Source: Macrostomum lignano | Taxonomy: Eukaryota | Direction of reading: 5' to 3' | Assembly (NCBI GenBank): GCA_002269645.1 | Contig: NIVC01002082.1 | Location: 1-64,000 of the forward strand | Length of the DNA: 64,000 bases | Part shown: in pieces, positions 21,568-42,430 of the stretch | Position numbering within the stretch: position 1 is the first letter of the stretch | How the letters are laid out: each line of letters starts with the position of its first letter | Program-made: the position numbers and the translations under genes | The notes under the pieces: generated by a model | What the model saw: the letters and a program-made list of their open reading frames with translations, nothing else | Database searches by the model: none | Told to the model about the DNA's origin: nothing

Positions 21568-24131
21568 CCCTAGATGAAGTTCTGTTTACTCATTCTTGGC
21601 AGATCTGTTCTTACTTAAATTTCTTAGCAGATCTGTGAATTTTGGTTAACACATTCTTAACAGATCTGTTCTTACTTAAATCTCTTAGCAGATCTGTATC
21701 TGCTTTTGTCTTACAAGATCTTACAAATCTTTGCAAGCCATTTTTTATTGTTTGGTACGTAAAAAACATTCGTGATTTTTTAGAAAATACTTATTAGGTA
21801 AAGAGAAAACAAAATTTCCAACTGTATATCAGAAAAAAGACTTTCGTATATTTTCACATTTCTCTGCTGGATCTTGTCAGATCAGTTCTTGCAGATCTGT
21901 ACAGACCAGTTTTGAAAAGTGTCTGAATTGTTTTTTTCCACAAAATATTTAACATAATAGTAATTACGTTTTTTTAATGATTTGTATATATTTTAGTTGT
22001 TCTTCTGGCAGCCAACAGTAAATGAATTTGTTTAAATACTCTTTCCGCAGTACTGAACATAGTGGACCCTTATAGTTTGAATTGTCGCTCTTTCAATATC
22101 CATCCATCTCAGTTCTTTCTTTTGACTTAGCCGAATACGTAATTTTTAATTCCTTAAATTGTTTCATAGTGTAGTATCACTATTTTTTACTTTTATAGTC
22201 ATAATAACTTTTTTGATTAAGTATAGCTATGGCTTTAAATGAAGAGCAGATCGCGTCATCAATTAAAAAAATTTGACATAATTGACAGACTGACTATAAA
22301 ATGTATGATATGCTATATATATATATATCTATATCATATATATATATATATATCTAGGCTTGTTTCCTACTCCCAGGACTATAAGTATGAGTAGGCCTAG
22401 GCCTATGACTTTGTTATATGCTTTAATAGAAACAGAATGCATGTCTAGACCTAGTGATGTTGTCCATTAATAATTCATTAATCCATTAATAATTCAGAAA
22501 TTCAGTTACATACATAGATCTGTATTTTTTGTAGTCTTTTGCATTTCATTATATTATATTTATATATACATACCTAGTTGTAGCCCCTAGGCTAGGGCTA
22601 GGCTAGTTCTAGTGACCTAGCTAGTAAGTAAATCTTAATTAAATAGGTCTATTCTGTTTTTGTTTGTTTTATATATGCTTATCTAGATTTATAAATAGGT
22701 AGACTGACATATCTGTAAAACTTGGTTTTAATTTCTCCTTGATTTTAAACACTTAGGTTAAGAGTGTAATTTCTATTTTTAGTAAATAGTGTTATAACTA
22801 GGCTTATCATTTTAATTTTAAAATAAAATAGGCCCTACTCTACTAAAAATTGTAATTGCTATATAGGGTATAGTTTTTATGAATTAGAATTAAACCTGGA
22901 TGCTTAAATATAGGCTTATGGTTGTTAGAAAGTTATCTTAAGCCTTGACCTACTATTTGAAGAATATAGATAGGCATAGCAAAATCTAAAAGTATTTATA
23001 CTAGATAGGCCTAGATAAATAATATGAAAAATATAGAATAGAAGAAAAACAGGTCTAAATTTAATTAGACCAAAGAACTTTTACAAAAGTTATTACTCTG
23101 ACTATTTAAAAACATAACAATGATATTTGTTTTATATTTTAGTTATTTTGAATTGAATATTAATGTTTAAAATCCCAGAACTTTATTACAATTTTCCCTT
23201 TCATGCATGCTACTTTACATGGTCAATATGGCATCGCTACTTATGGGTTCCAAGCTTGTCTTTATACCAAGTGGCAAAGTGGCAAGCATCCTATGATTGC
23301 TAAAAGAAAAAATGAAGCCAGCCTAAAGTAAAAATGCAACATGATAAAGAGCCCTAAAGTATTACTAAGAGCTCTTATAGACCTACTTTTATTGATAACA
23401 AAGTAAGCTTTCTAGCAATATTGACTTTAAAATCTTTCAGTACTGGACTCTTTCAGTTTCAATTATTTGCAAACCAATTTAATTGTACATTGTAGTAAAA
23501 GATGCACCTGGTTTTTTTCGAATGTTTCTGTTTCTATTTTTTAGTTTCTAAAAGTATTGCTCACCCTAATTTTATTAGTCCATTGTACCATTAGTATTTT
23601 TTCTATTGAATGTGTGCTTAAATTTTGTTTTGAAGTTGACTTATTTTTTGCTTGTGATATTTCCCTTGTGCATAGAAGTTTTATTTCATGAGCATATATG
23701 TGTATTTGTTTACATTTTCACAAATAAATATGTCTACTTTATTTTAATTGTTCAATGACATTTGCTTTTGTTCTGGCAGTTTACTAGCACAATACTAAAT
23801 GTGCAGAATCAAATAAGAAAGTCCTGTCATAACTCGTGTTCTTTATTGGAATTAAATTAGTGCATTGGGGTTTTATAAATGGATTACTAAACAGATCTGG
23901 GAAGATTTGATAAGACGGACAATGCATTCAATTGGTAAAGCCTAATACATCTTACAAGATCTGCCCAGATCTCCTAAGATCTGCTCGCGCAGACCGTGCA
24001 AGATCTTCCTGCAGATCTTGTAAGTTCTGCCTATATATTTTAATAGTGCAGATCTGTTACGTTCTTGCAAGAACGTAGCGAGAAGCTCCAGACAGATCTG
24101 CTAAGAAATGGCATGACGATTTCATCTAGGG
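21568..24131. mobile_element. Second non-autonomous CMC/EnSpm-like DNA transposon, 2.56 kb
   Basis: TIR CCCTAGATGAA; 2-bp flanking duplication AA; subterminal CAGATCTG repeats at both ends; no ORF. Confidence 0.7.
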
Positions 24132-26779
24132 AACTGTTTGGCCAATTAATATCGATCCATTGAAACCCTCACCTACACCTCTGAAACCCTCCAAGGAATA
24201 ATTCAAAGAAAGAATTAGAACAAAAAAATTATCCAATAAAATTTGCCTTCTCACAACGCGCTATCATGCAGGCAGTAAGATAATTTAACCTTGAATTTCT
24301 GCCTCTAAATTAGTTCAGCCCATGAAAAGCAATCAAGCAATTAAATGCAATTCTCAATTAAACTACTGAAACTGGGTGCCACATGAAGAGTGCCGTCTCA
24401 GCCAAACAAGGTTCAATTCTAGCCAGCTCTCACCCCACAACTCAGACTGGCGAAGGCCAAGGAACCATGCAATCTGAGACCACAGGCACCAGAATAACCG
24501 TAACTCATCATGAACATCTAACTCTCATTGAAGTTCTATAACAGTTCTAACTTGGTGTCGCATTCAAAATTAGGATCGGGGCTAATCAGCAGCTGGAAGA
24601 GGGAGGAGACACGCGGAGAGTCTCCGGCTAGTCTTCTTCAGGTACCATTGAGTGAGGCCGGGACCCGTTAGGTTGAGTTCCTAGCGGTAAAAACCTGTGG
24701 GTTTTTTTAAATGTCAGGTCAAAGCTCAACACATATCGTCACAGTTGAAAAATCTGAACAATTCACGATCAAAACCTAATGAGATTGGACAGCCTTTCAA
24801 TCCAAGAAATAAAGCCATCACTACTGACAGTAGTAAGTACAGTATAGGTGGGAAGGAGCTCATGCATGCGGCGTCACACCAGTGCTGAAAATGCGTCCTC
24901 ATCAAGTATACACGTAGTTCAATAGAGGCTTTTATGTATACGTGCAAGTCGATCTACTCAAGCATATAACCTGCTGGCTGCTCTTCAATTAAATGTGCAA
25001 TGTGGTGAAGTAATGCAAGCTGGCTGCATGTACAGTACTGCTGTACACCGTATTTGCAGTGCATAGCTGTCTGCCGCAGCTCAGGCTGGTAGAAGAGAGG
25101 AGAAGTGCATGCCAGAATCTGTTGCACTATAGGATGGATATGCAGTGAAGGAATGATGGAGATTCCCAATTTCCTTGGTTTGGAGGACAGGATGCTGCAT
25201 CGGGGGTCGCTCACTCTCGCTTTCTAGGATGGCGGGCTGGGTTGTTGGGAACAAATTTCCTCTTCATCTCCTGTGAGCTCATAGCTCCCCGGCCAAGCTG
25301 AGCAGTTCCATCTTTTCCCGCCTCTCCTTCGCTGGAGGAAACACCTCGGGGGTCAGTCCTGTTCCCTTTTATCTGGCATGCTGGCCGCTCCATCATTTCC
25401 GTTCTCTCTTCCTTCTGCAGCGCAGTCTCCAGCATAATCAGGGCCTTGAGTTCAACCCTGTCAGGCTAATCAGAACTGGCCTGTCTCTGTCTCCTCCATG
25501 AAGACCATTTCACCGTTTTTCCTGCATTCTTACCAACAGAGACATTGCTCGGCTAGTCCTATGATGTATATCCAAAGCGCAGCCTCCCGAATAAGGAGAT
25601 GGAGGGGTTATGAAGATGAAGATGGAAGGAGAAGGAGAGAAGAGAGGGAGGAGAGCGTCCCGCGAGCATTGAGCAACGCTGACTGCAGTTCTGCCCACCC
25701 AACTCTGCGGTAGGTCGAAGGAGAAGGGGGTATTGAAAAGACGAGAAATGATAATTAAAATTACAACTTGTTTGATTGCACAAGCAACATCGATATAAAC
25801 GCGTTGTAAAAATTAAGAGAAAATGCTACGACTTACTCGGGTGCATCGGGAAGAAGAACGAAATTTGAAGACGTTTGACAGCGTTGTTGGGAACAAATTC
25901 CCAAATCATCTACTTAGCAAATCTGCCCCTGTCTCTTGGGCTTTTCCTCATTAAAAGGTGTCCTAAATGTCAACTGTATTCGCCAACAGTTGCAGTTGAC
26001 AGCACCAGCAAGCCATATAAGGTGAATTTCTTTTTTCCAACGGCTGCTGATCAATTATTGATAAATCAGCACTGAATTGATGAGGTTTGCTGGTTGCGAT
26101 GAGCTGCTTCACGTCAAGCAGTATGCTTGTTTATCCGGTCTCTGAAAAAAACCTTGCACCCGACTAACACTTGTTTTATTTGGAATTTGATGCCTCAGGA
26201 TGGTAAAATATTGTAGAATTTAGTGCCTAATACGCTGAAAACTATCAATCTCAACCCTATATTGAATCCTATCTGGCTGTCCTTGATTTTCTATACGATT
26301 CGAGACTGCAGTACACATTTTACAACAAAAAACAGGTTGGAATGGAAATGCTTTTTTGCGTATTTGAATGCTTTGTACCTACATGGCTGGCAAGGCAAGA
26401 ACTCGAATGAATGATGGCTACCAGATTCCACCCCCTTGGCAATTTCCTTCTCTCTATGCAGCCTCTGCAGGCGTCCTTTCCTCCTCATTGGTTGCCAGCT
26501 GGTTTGCCAATAAATTTCAGGCCAAGTACCGAGCTTCGCGGGGCCGCCTTGGCTTAAGCTGCATTTAAAAAGATTGCTATAAGCAAAAGTGAATCCGATG
26601 CGTTCTAGACACTATAGTACATCCGGAAGAACGGACCAGAACCCCAAGGATCATGCAGCATGAACGGTTTTTAATAGCATGCAAAAACGGCTGAGAAATT
26701 CGACATGTTCTTTGACATCGGCTGAGCTGCAGAACTCGAAGTCTGTCTCAGAGAGGTAGACAAGGCGGATAATAAGACA

Positions 26780-34607
<7,828 letters not shown>

Positions 34608-34929
34608 CGAGTGCCTGGCTCTGCAGCAACAGTACCCGCATGGAGTATTCTACGGCCCCAGCCGTTTAGACTATGCCTGGAGGGAGCACTACTAGGTAGT
34701 CTTGTGTAGATTCTGTGGTGTGAATTCAAATAGATGTAGAACAGTTACATTTTAGTTTAATAATTCCAACCATAGACTGATAGGTGACACAATGAAGACT
34801 ACGTTATAAACCTACGTTGTCGAATGTACATCGGAATACAAGGCCATAGACATACAAGGCTGGTGTTTTACGGCATTGAATGTACATCGGGGGGGGGAGG
34901 GGGGCAGAGAGGAAAAGGCAAGGAAACTT

Positions 34930-35693
34930 CAGGGGCGTAGCCAGAGGGGGGCAAGGGGGGCCGTGGCCCCCCCCCCAATCACCAACTCTGGCCTTGGCGC
35001 CCCCCCCCTCCCTAAAAGAAACTGGCGCCCCCCCTATAGGCGCCCCCCCTAAAAAAAACTGGCGCCCCCCCCCCTAAAAGAAACTGGCGCCCCCCCCCCT
35101 AAAAGAAACTGGCGCCCCCCCCCTAAAAGAAACTGGCGCCCCCCCCTAAAAGAAACTGGTGCCCCCCCCCCCAAAATAAACTGGTGCCCCCGGCCCCTCC
35201 TAAAAGAAACTGGCAGCCCCCCTAAAAGAAACCGACGCCCCCCCCCCTAAAAGAAACTGGCGCCCCCCCCTAAAAGAAACTGGCGCCCCCCCTAAAAGAA
35301 ACTGCAGTGCCCCCGGCCCCTCCTAAAAGAAACTGGCACCCCCCCGAAAAGAAACCGACGCCCCCCCCTAAAAGAAACTGGCGCCCCCCCCCTAAAAGAA
35401 ACTGGCGCCCCCACCCCCCCCTAAAAGAAGCTGGCGCCCCCCTATAAGAAACTGGCGCCCCCCTATAAGAAGCTGGCGCCCCCCTATAAGAAGCTGGCGC
35501 CCCCCTATAAGAAGCTGGCGCCCCCCTATAAGAAGCTGGCGCCCCCCTATAAGAAGCTGGCGCCCCCCTATAAGAAGCTGGTGCCCCCCTATAAGAAGCT
35601 GGCGCCCCCTATAAGAAGCTGGCGCCCCCCTATAAGAAGCTGGTGCCCCCTAACTCACGGCCCCCCCAATCAAAATTCCTGGCTACGCCCCTG
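34930..35693. mobile_element. hAT-family MITE with internal ~22-bp tandem repeat
   Basis: TIR CAGGGGCGTAGCCAG; perfect 8-bp TSD GGAAACTT; internal AAGAAACTGGCGCCCCCC repeats. Confidence 0.93.
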
Positions 35694-37654
35694 GGAAACT
35701 TAATAGGCTAGAAATCCATAGACAACAATATTTAAAACAAGCACGAGGAAAATGTACATTGGGGATGAGAATAAATGCAGCTTAATAGACGAGACTTTTG
35801 TATTGCTTAGTCCGTTAGCACAAGATAGCTAAGAATTGGGCGTTTATTAATGTAGTCCTAAAGTAGTGGATTTCCTTAATCCCTGTGAACCAAACCCGTT
35901 GGCGCGCTCCCTATTCTGTTCCCTGTTTCATTAAATTGTCAATGATCTTTTTCTGCAATTTACCTGAATATAGTAGCTGTTTATCTGAAGCATTAAACCA
36001 ATATATTATTCTTTAGCAAGGATGAGTCACCTTTTTGCTCACTTTTCTCTTGCGCAACGTGTAATTTATTATATATTGATAATTTTCCTCTAACACTTTC
36101 GTTACAGCCGCCCCTGTATAAATTCAAACGCTTAGCACATTTAAAACTATTGCGAAAATCATTTTCAGCTATTTAAAATATCGTACGATTGCATGCTATT
36201 GCTATCAGCAGCGCTGCGAATTTCCTCCGATGCAGCAAACTAAACTTAGCTTTTTAACTATTGTTTAAATCAGCGCGAAAAAAGAGGTAAAACGAATCGC
36301 ATTTAAATAACATCAGTTCATTTATTAAAGTTAAACCTAATTAAAGTTCGGACAAATGTAAAAGTAATATGAATGAAAATAATCTGTAGTATTGTTAATG
36401 TGTGTACTAATTAATTAATTATTAGGAAATAATAATTAATAAATAACTTTGCAGAAAATGCCCGAACATTACGAGCGTACGTATGCGACCGTCTTTTGTT
36501 TGAATCGGGACTGTTTAAAATCATACTTAACGTTCTTTTTTTAAATTGAATGGGAAGTTCGATCTATTGGCTGAATATAAAAATAATGGCGCGCTCTACA
36601 TCCATTTATTACACAATATAACTGTTATGACTGTTTTATTCATCATCTATTACCCACTAAAATTGAATTTTTTTGTAGATTTATGCTTTATTTAAATGCA
36701 AGCAGCGTTTTTAGCAATCTGATTTTACAATACATCAAAAACTGTTTTAAATTTGTGCAGAAAGAATATTGTTGACGCAGTTAAGACTGTTGCCATTGAA
36801 TTTAGTTACAAGCACGTATATAAAACCGTCTTAAATATGTCTTACTAGGAAAACTTTATGATATTAACATAGTAATTACCTGGTGTGCATTTATCATCTA
36901 CTCGATCAAAGCGACGCTGCAAGCGTAGAAAATTAACGCGTATAACGTTGAATGAGGTCTTGCCATAGACAAGTTCGATCCAAAAAAACTGATTCGGTCG
37001 TTTTTTCTCTCACAAATTTAGGTATTTACTTTTTCAGTTACTAAATAGTGTTTTTTCGGCAATAGACTAAATAGGTGAAATAGTTTATACTTATCACAGT
37101 TTAACAAAATAGGCATCCAGTAAAAATTACTGCCAACAGGCACGCATTCATGCACACGCTCACACACGGTGTACAGTGGCCCTGACTATCTAATCGTCAA
37201 GGCATGTGCACTGTCTGTGCCTTGGAGGTTTCAGGCCCTCATTGCTGTGAATTGCACGAAAGCCCCAAATAAATGAACATATATTTTCACGAATTAATTT
37301 CAGATTTTAATCACCATATGCTCGCGGATATATATTTTTTTATAATTAACTTCTTTTCGACAGCACCGTCATACAAATACTTGAGCCCGCGATTGCATTC
37401 CGGCCGTGTCTGCCTGAGCTCCAGGAGCCATGTGAATGTCACGCAATGCCAGAACCAGCCGAATAAATTAGGAATTAATAAGAATTGATTTCTTTTTATT
37501 CCATTGGGTTCGGAGCCACGCGCTGTGGTATGTGGCACGGAACCGTTACGGAATACTAATTAGCTACAAATTAATCTATCGCTGCACTCACCATTATATT
37601 ATTTTAATTTCCAGTTATTTTAGAATTTATTTCAAGAGTTTTTAGTCAGTCACT

Positions 37655-37674
37655 TAGGTAGTTAGTGAGCTAGC

Positions 37675-37738
<64 letters not shown>

Positions 37739-37807
37739 AAGTTAGTTAGTTAGTTAGTCAGTCACGTTAGTTCGTTAGTTAGTCAGTCACTTAGGTAGTT
37801 AGTGAGC

Positions 37808-37872
<65 letters not shown>

Positions 37873-37915
37873 GGTTCGTTCGTTCGTTAGTTAGTTAGTT
37901 AGTTAGTTAGTGAGC

Positions 37916-37970
<55 letters not shown>

Positions 37971-37997
37971 ACTAACTAACTGACTGACTGACTGATT
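37655..37997 (+). repeat. (TTAG)n microsatellite with variants
   Basis: Directly visible. Confidence 0.97.
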
Positions 37998-38410
37998 CTC
38001 GCGGTGTTCAGAGCAAGATCACTCCAGAAACACATTTGAAAGCGCGTTTAACAGCTTCTGGAAGCAGTTTTGGCCGGTTTTCAGATGATATTTCTGGGGC
38101 ATGTGTGCTAAGTCCGTCGGTGCCCCGCTGGTAGAAATATATGGCCATTCATATTTATCATGGTTCCCGAGAAGCGGGATTTGCATGCCGATGAGGAGCT
38201 GCTAACCGGGGCGCGGGGGCTGAAGAAACTTTGCCGCATCGAGGAGAGAAAGAAATTAAATTTTTCTTTTGGCGAAGCCGCCGGGGACGGCAACGCGAAT
38301 TCGTCCCAGAGGAGCCACCGGAGTTCCTGCTCAGCATCTGCAGGCTGGCGACAACTTTTTTGCCGACTTTCTGACGCATTTGGGAAACTGAAATTTCTGC
38401 TTTGCTGATG

Positions 38411-38416
38411 ATAGAC

Positions 38417-38470
<54 letters not shown>

Positions 38471-38584
38471 GTAGATAGATAGATAGATAGATTGATTGAT
38501 AGATAGATTGATTGATAGATAGATAGATAGATAGATAGATATATAGATAGATAGATCGAAAGATAGATAGACAAATAGATAGAC

Positions 38585-38615
<31 letters not shown>

Positions 38616-38697
38616 AGATAGATACAGTAGATAGATAAATAGATAGATAACAGATAGATGGACAGAAGATAGATAGATAGAAGATAGATATAGATAG
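38411..38697 (+). repeat. (GATA)n microsatellite
   Basis: Directly visible. Confidence 0.98.
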
Positions 38698-39351
38698 AAA
38701 GCCAGTGGAAAGCAAGTCCGCATTTCCCAGATAGCCCATGTCACACAAGGATGAGCAGGCACTCAATCAGTCGCTTCACCCCGAGGTCGAGATGTCAAAC
38801 TTTCTCGGTCAATCGGAACTTCATATCTGATTACCCCCTTTATTATATATTGGCTCGCTACTCAAGGAGGGTAAGGGACGGGGTTGGAGCCGCCAAGTCT
38901 GCCATCCGTGCGGCGGACGGCGGCAAAATTAAACGGAGGCCGGAGATTCGTTTTCTGTAGAGAGGGAGGAGAGAGACGAGGACAGAATTCGATCAGTTCT
39001 GGGACGCGGAGAGACCGGATGCCAAGCAGGTTGAGCTGCAGTGCTCGAGAAGAAGCCGCGGGATTGCAGCCATAGCATCCCTTCGGCTTATAGCGTGCGA
39101 AAATCGAGAGCTCAAGAAAAAGTTTTTTAAGACCGGTCTGGGAGAGGCGAGAAATGCAAAAATCGAAGAGTTCGAAAGATTGGCAGATGGTGGCAGATGA
39201 TGACTTTTCGCATTCTCTGCTTACTGAGGCCCGCCAGAATGATGAAGCCAGGCCGCAAACTTTCGCAACGTACTTTTTTAGATTCTCAATGCACATATCT
39301 AACAGAGCAGAGCTAGATTCTGAATTTCTGCTATTGATGACTGAAACCGGA

Positions 39352-40205
39352 TCTATCCTGGGGTGTAGAACAGCTACTACCATGTCTATCATGGGGTGTA
39401 GAACAGCTACTACCATGTCTATCCTGGAGCGTAGATTAGCAACTTTCATATCTATCCTGGAGCGTAGATTAGCAACTTTCATATCTATCCTGGAGCGTAG
39501 ATTAGCAACTTTCATATCTATCCTGGAGCGTAGATTAGCAACTCTCATATCTATCCTGGAGCGTAGATTAGCAACTCTCATATCTATCCTGGAGCGTAGA
39601 TTAGCTACTCTCATATCTATCCTGGAGTGTAGAACAGCTACTCCCATATCTATCCTGGAGTGTAGAACAGCTACTCCCATATCTATCCTGGAGTGTAGAA
39701 CAGCTACTCCAATATCTATCCTGGAGTGTAGAACAGCTTACTCCTATATCTATCATGGAGTGTAGAACCGCTACTCCTATATCTATCATGGAGTGTAGAA
39801 CAGCTACTCCTATATCTATCCTAGAGTTTAGAACAGCTTACTCCTATATCTATCATGGAGTGTAGAACAGCTACTCCTATATCTATCCTAGAGTGTAGAA
39901 CAGCTTACTCCTATATATATCATGGAGTGTAGAACAGCTTACTCCTATATCTATCCTGGAGTGTAGAACAGCTTACTCCTATATATATCATGGAGTGTAG
40001 AACAGCTTACTCCTATATCTATCCTGGAGTGTAGAACAGCTTACTCCTATATCTATCCTGGAGTGTAGAACAGCTTACTCCTATATATATCATGGAGTGT
40101 AGAACAGCTACTACTATATCTATCCTGGAGTGTAGAACAGCTTACTCCTATATATATCATGGAGTGTAGAACAGCTTACTCCTATATCTATCCTGGAGTG
40201 TAGAA
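39352..40205 (+). repeat. 33-34-bp minisatellite TATCTATCCTGGAGTGTAGAACAGCTACTCC with blocks of variants
   Basis: About 25 copies. Confidence 0.95.
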
Positions 40206-40985
40206 ACGCTACAACGGCCTGCAGGGCCCATACGACAAAAATAACCCCCGCCCCCTAACCAGGGCCTCGGGATCGAAGCTTGTGCTAGAAATAAAGAAAT
40301 TTGCATACCAACGCCAGTCCACTATAAGGAAAATAAGATGAGATGAAATGCTAATTTAACAGACGCACTTTTCTCCAATGAGAAACACACGAAGACCAAC
40401 GCTATACTACACCGTATACTTGGCTACTTTCTAAATTCGAATTGACCAGCTTCCCCATGCACAGATCCCCCTAATGCAATTAGTTCCCTGTACATACCAA
40501 GCTGCATCCACTAACTAGTTCGGAGTGACAAACTGCCTACCTAATTTACTGGGTCATTTCCACCCCCTCTTGGATATCTTAACCGCCCAAGACCGCATAG
40601 GCCATTATGATATGGGGATATAGTGCCATGTTTGTATCACAACAACCAGGAAGGGACTACTAGTATTAGGCAGTCAGCCAGCTGGAGGAACACAAGGACA
40701 TCAGCTAAGTCGCTCTCCTCGTTGCTAAATAATTTATGGCCTTAATTACATCTAGTAAGTGCACACTGCGGCTTACCGCAGGCCTGCCGGCTACATGTAA
40801 TACTCGTATAAGTACAGCAGACTCTTGAACATGTAATTTGGCCATATACATTTTAGCAATATGATAGCATTGCATACGAATATTACTTGTCAGTAGTAAC
40901 ACAAGTAAAAAGTTCAGGGGCGTAGGAAAAATCTAAGCTTGAAATTTAGTTAGATCGTGGAAAGACAGAATCCTTACTACACAGA

Positions 40986-42187
40986 ATCTAGTGTAATCTA
41001 GTCTAGAAATATAGTGTAATCTAGTCTAGAAACTAGTGAAAGCTAGTCTAGAATTCTAGTGAAATCTAGTCTATAAATCTAGTGTAATCTACTGAAATCT
41101 AGTCTATATATCTAGTGCAATCTAGTGAAATCTAGTCTATAAATCTAGTGTAATCTAGTGAAATCTAGTCTATATATCTAGTGTAATCTAGTGAAATCTA
41201 ATCTAGAAATCTAGTGTAATCTAGTGTTATGCTTGCTATCAGGGGTTGCTTGCTGTCTGGGGGATGCTTGCGATCTGGGGGATGCTTGCTATCTGGGGGG
41301 GGGGATGCTTGCTATCTGGGGGATGCTTGCTATCTGCGGGATGCTTGCTATCTGGGGGATGCTTGCTATCTGGGGTCTGGGGGAATGCTTGCTATCTGGG
41401 GATGCTTGCGATCTGGGGGATGCTTGCTATCTGGGGGATGCTTGCTATCTGCGGGATGCTTGCTTTCTGCGGGATGCTTGCTATCTGGGGATGCTTGCTA
41501 TCTGGGGTCTGGGGGGGATGCTTGCTATCTGCGGGATGCTTGCTATCTGCGGGATGCTTGCTATCTGGGGTCTGGGGGAATGCTTGCTATCTGGGGATGC
41601 ATGCTATCTGGGGTTGCTTGCTATCTGGGGGATGCTTGCTATCTGCGGGATGCTTGCTTTCTGCGGGATGCTTGCTATCTGGGGATGCTTGCTATCTGGG
41701 GTCTGGGGGAATGCTTGCTATCTGGGGATGCATGCTATCTGGGGTTGCTTGCTATCGGGGGATGCTTGCTTTCTGCGGGGTGCTTGCCATCTGGGGATGC
41801 TTGCTATCTGGGGTCTGGGGGAATGCTTGCTATCTGGGGATGCATGCTATCTGGGGTTGCTTGCTATCGGGGGATGCTTGCTATCTGGGGGATGCTTGCA
41901 GTCTGGGGGATGCTTGCTATTTGGGGATCGATGCTTGAATGCCGTCTGAGGATGCTTGCTGTCTTGGGATGTTTTGTTTTTAAGAGGGAATGTCTGTTGT
42001 TTTTTCTGAAGGCTTTATTTCGCTGTCTATTTGTTATTTGTAAAGAACAAGGATTCTATCCAGATGTCCCCCATCGGGGGGCAAAGATTGCTAGTCTAAT
42101 CTATATATCTAGTGTAATCTAGTGAAATCTAGTGAAATCCTATATACTAAAAATGAGTTCTAAAATGAAAAATGAAATCTAGTCTAG
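40986..42187 (+). repeat. CTAG-rich repeat (40986-41226, 42093-42187) enclosing a GGGGATGCTTGCTATCT minisatellite (41229-41938)
   Basis: Directly visible; explains three overlapping long pseudo-ORFs. Confidence 0.93.
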
Positions 42188-42430
42188 AAAGTGTTTGATT
42201 GCACAATTTACGGAGAGAAAAAGAAAATGAAAAAATAGCATAATTTTTTAAATTTTCATAATTTTTCTTTGATCCAAAATTTTCGCGCTCCCTTCATCGC
42301 TGCTTTCAGCTTTATATTTTTTGCCATCTAACTACAATCGTTTCTTCAGTCGCATTTCGAAGAATCATCGAGACACAAATCTGTCAAAGGTCTTTTTCAT
42401 CTCGACAAGCACAGGATTAGAGAAGCTTCA

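Noticed and set aside
24140-25500. Possible decayed DIRS/Gypsy RNase H (AITTDSSKYSIGG resembles TDAS..G.GA)
   Set aside because: A single weak motif in stop-ridden frames; cannot be supported without a profile search
38862-39789. 272-aa and 203-aa ORFs
   Set aside because: Largely built from the 33-bp minisatellite; no recognisable domain in the unique part
41224-42122. Three overlapping 230-297-aa ORFs
   Set aside because: Products of a stop-free minisatellite
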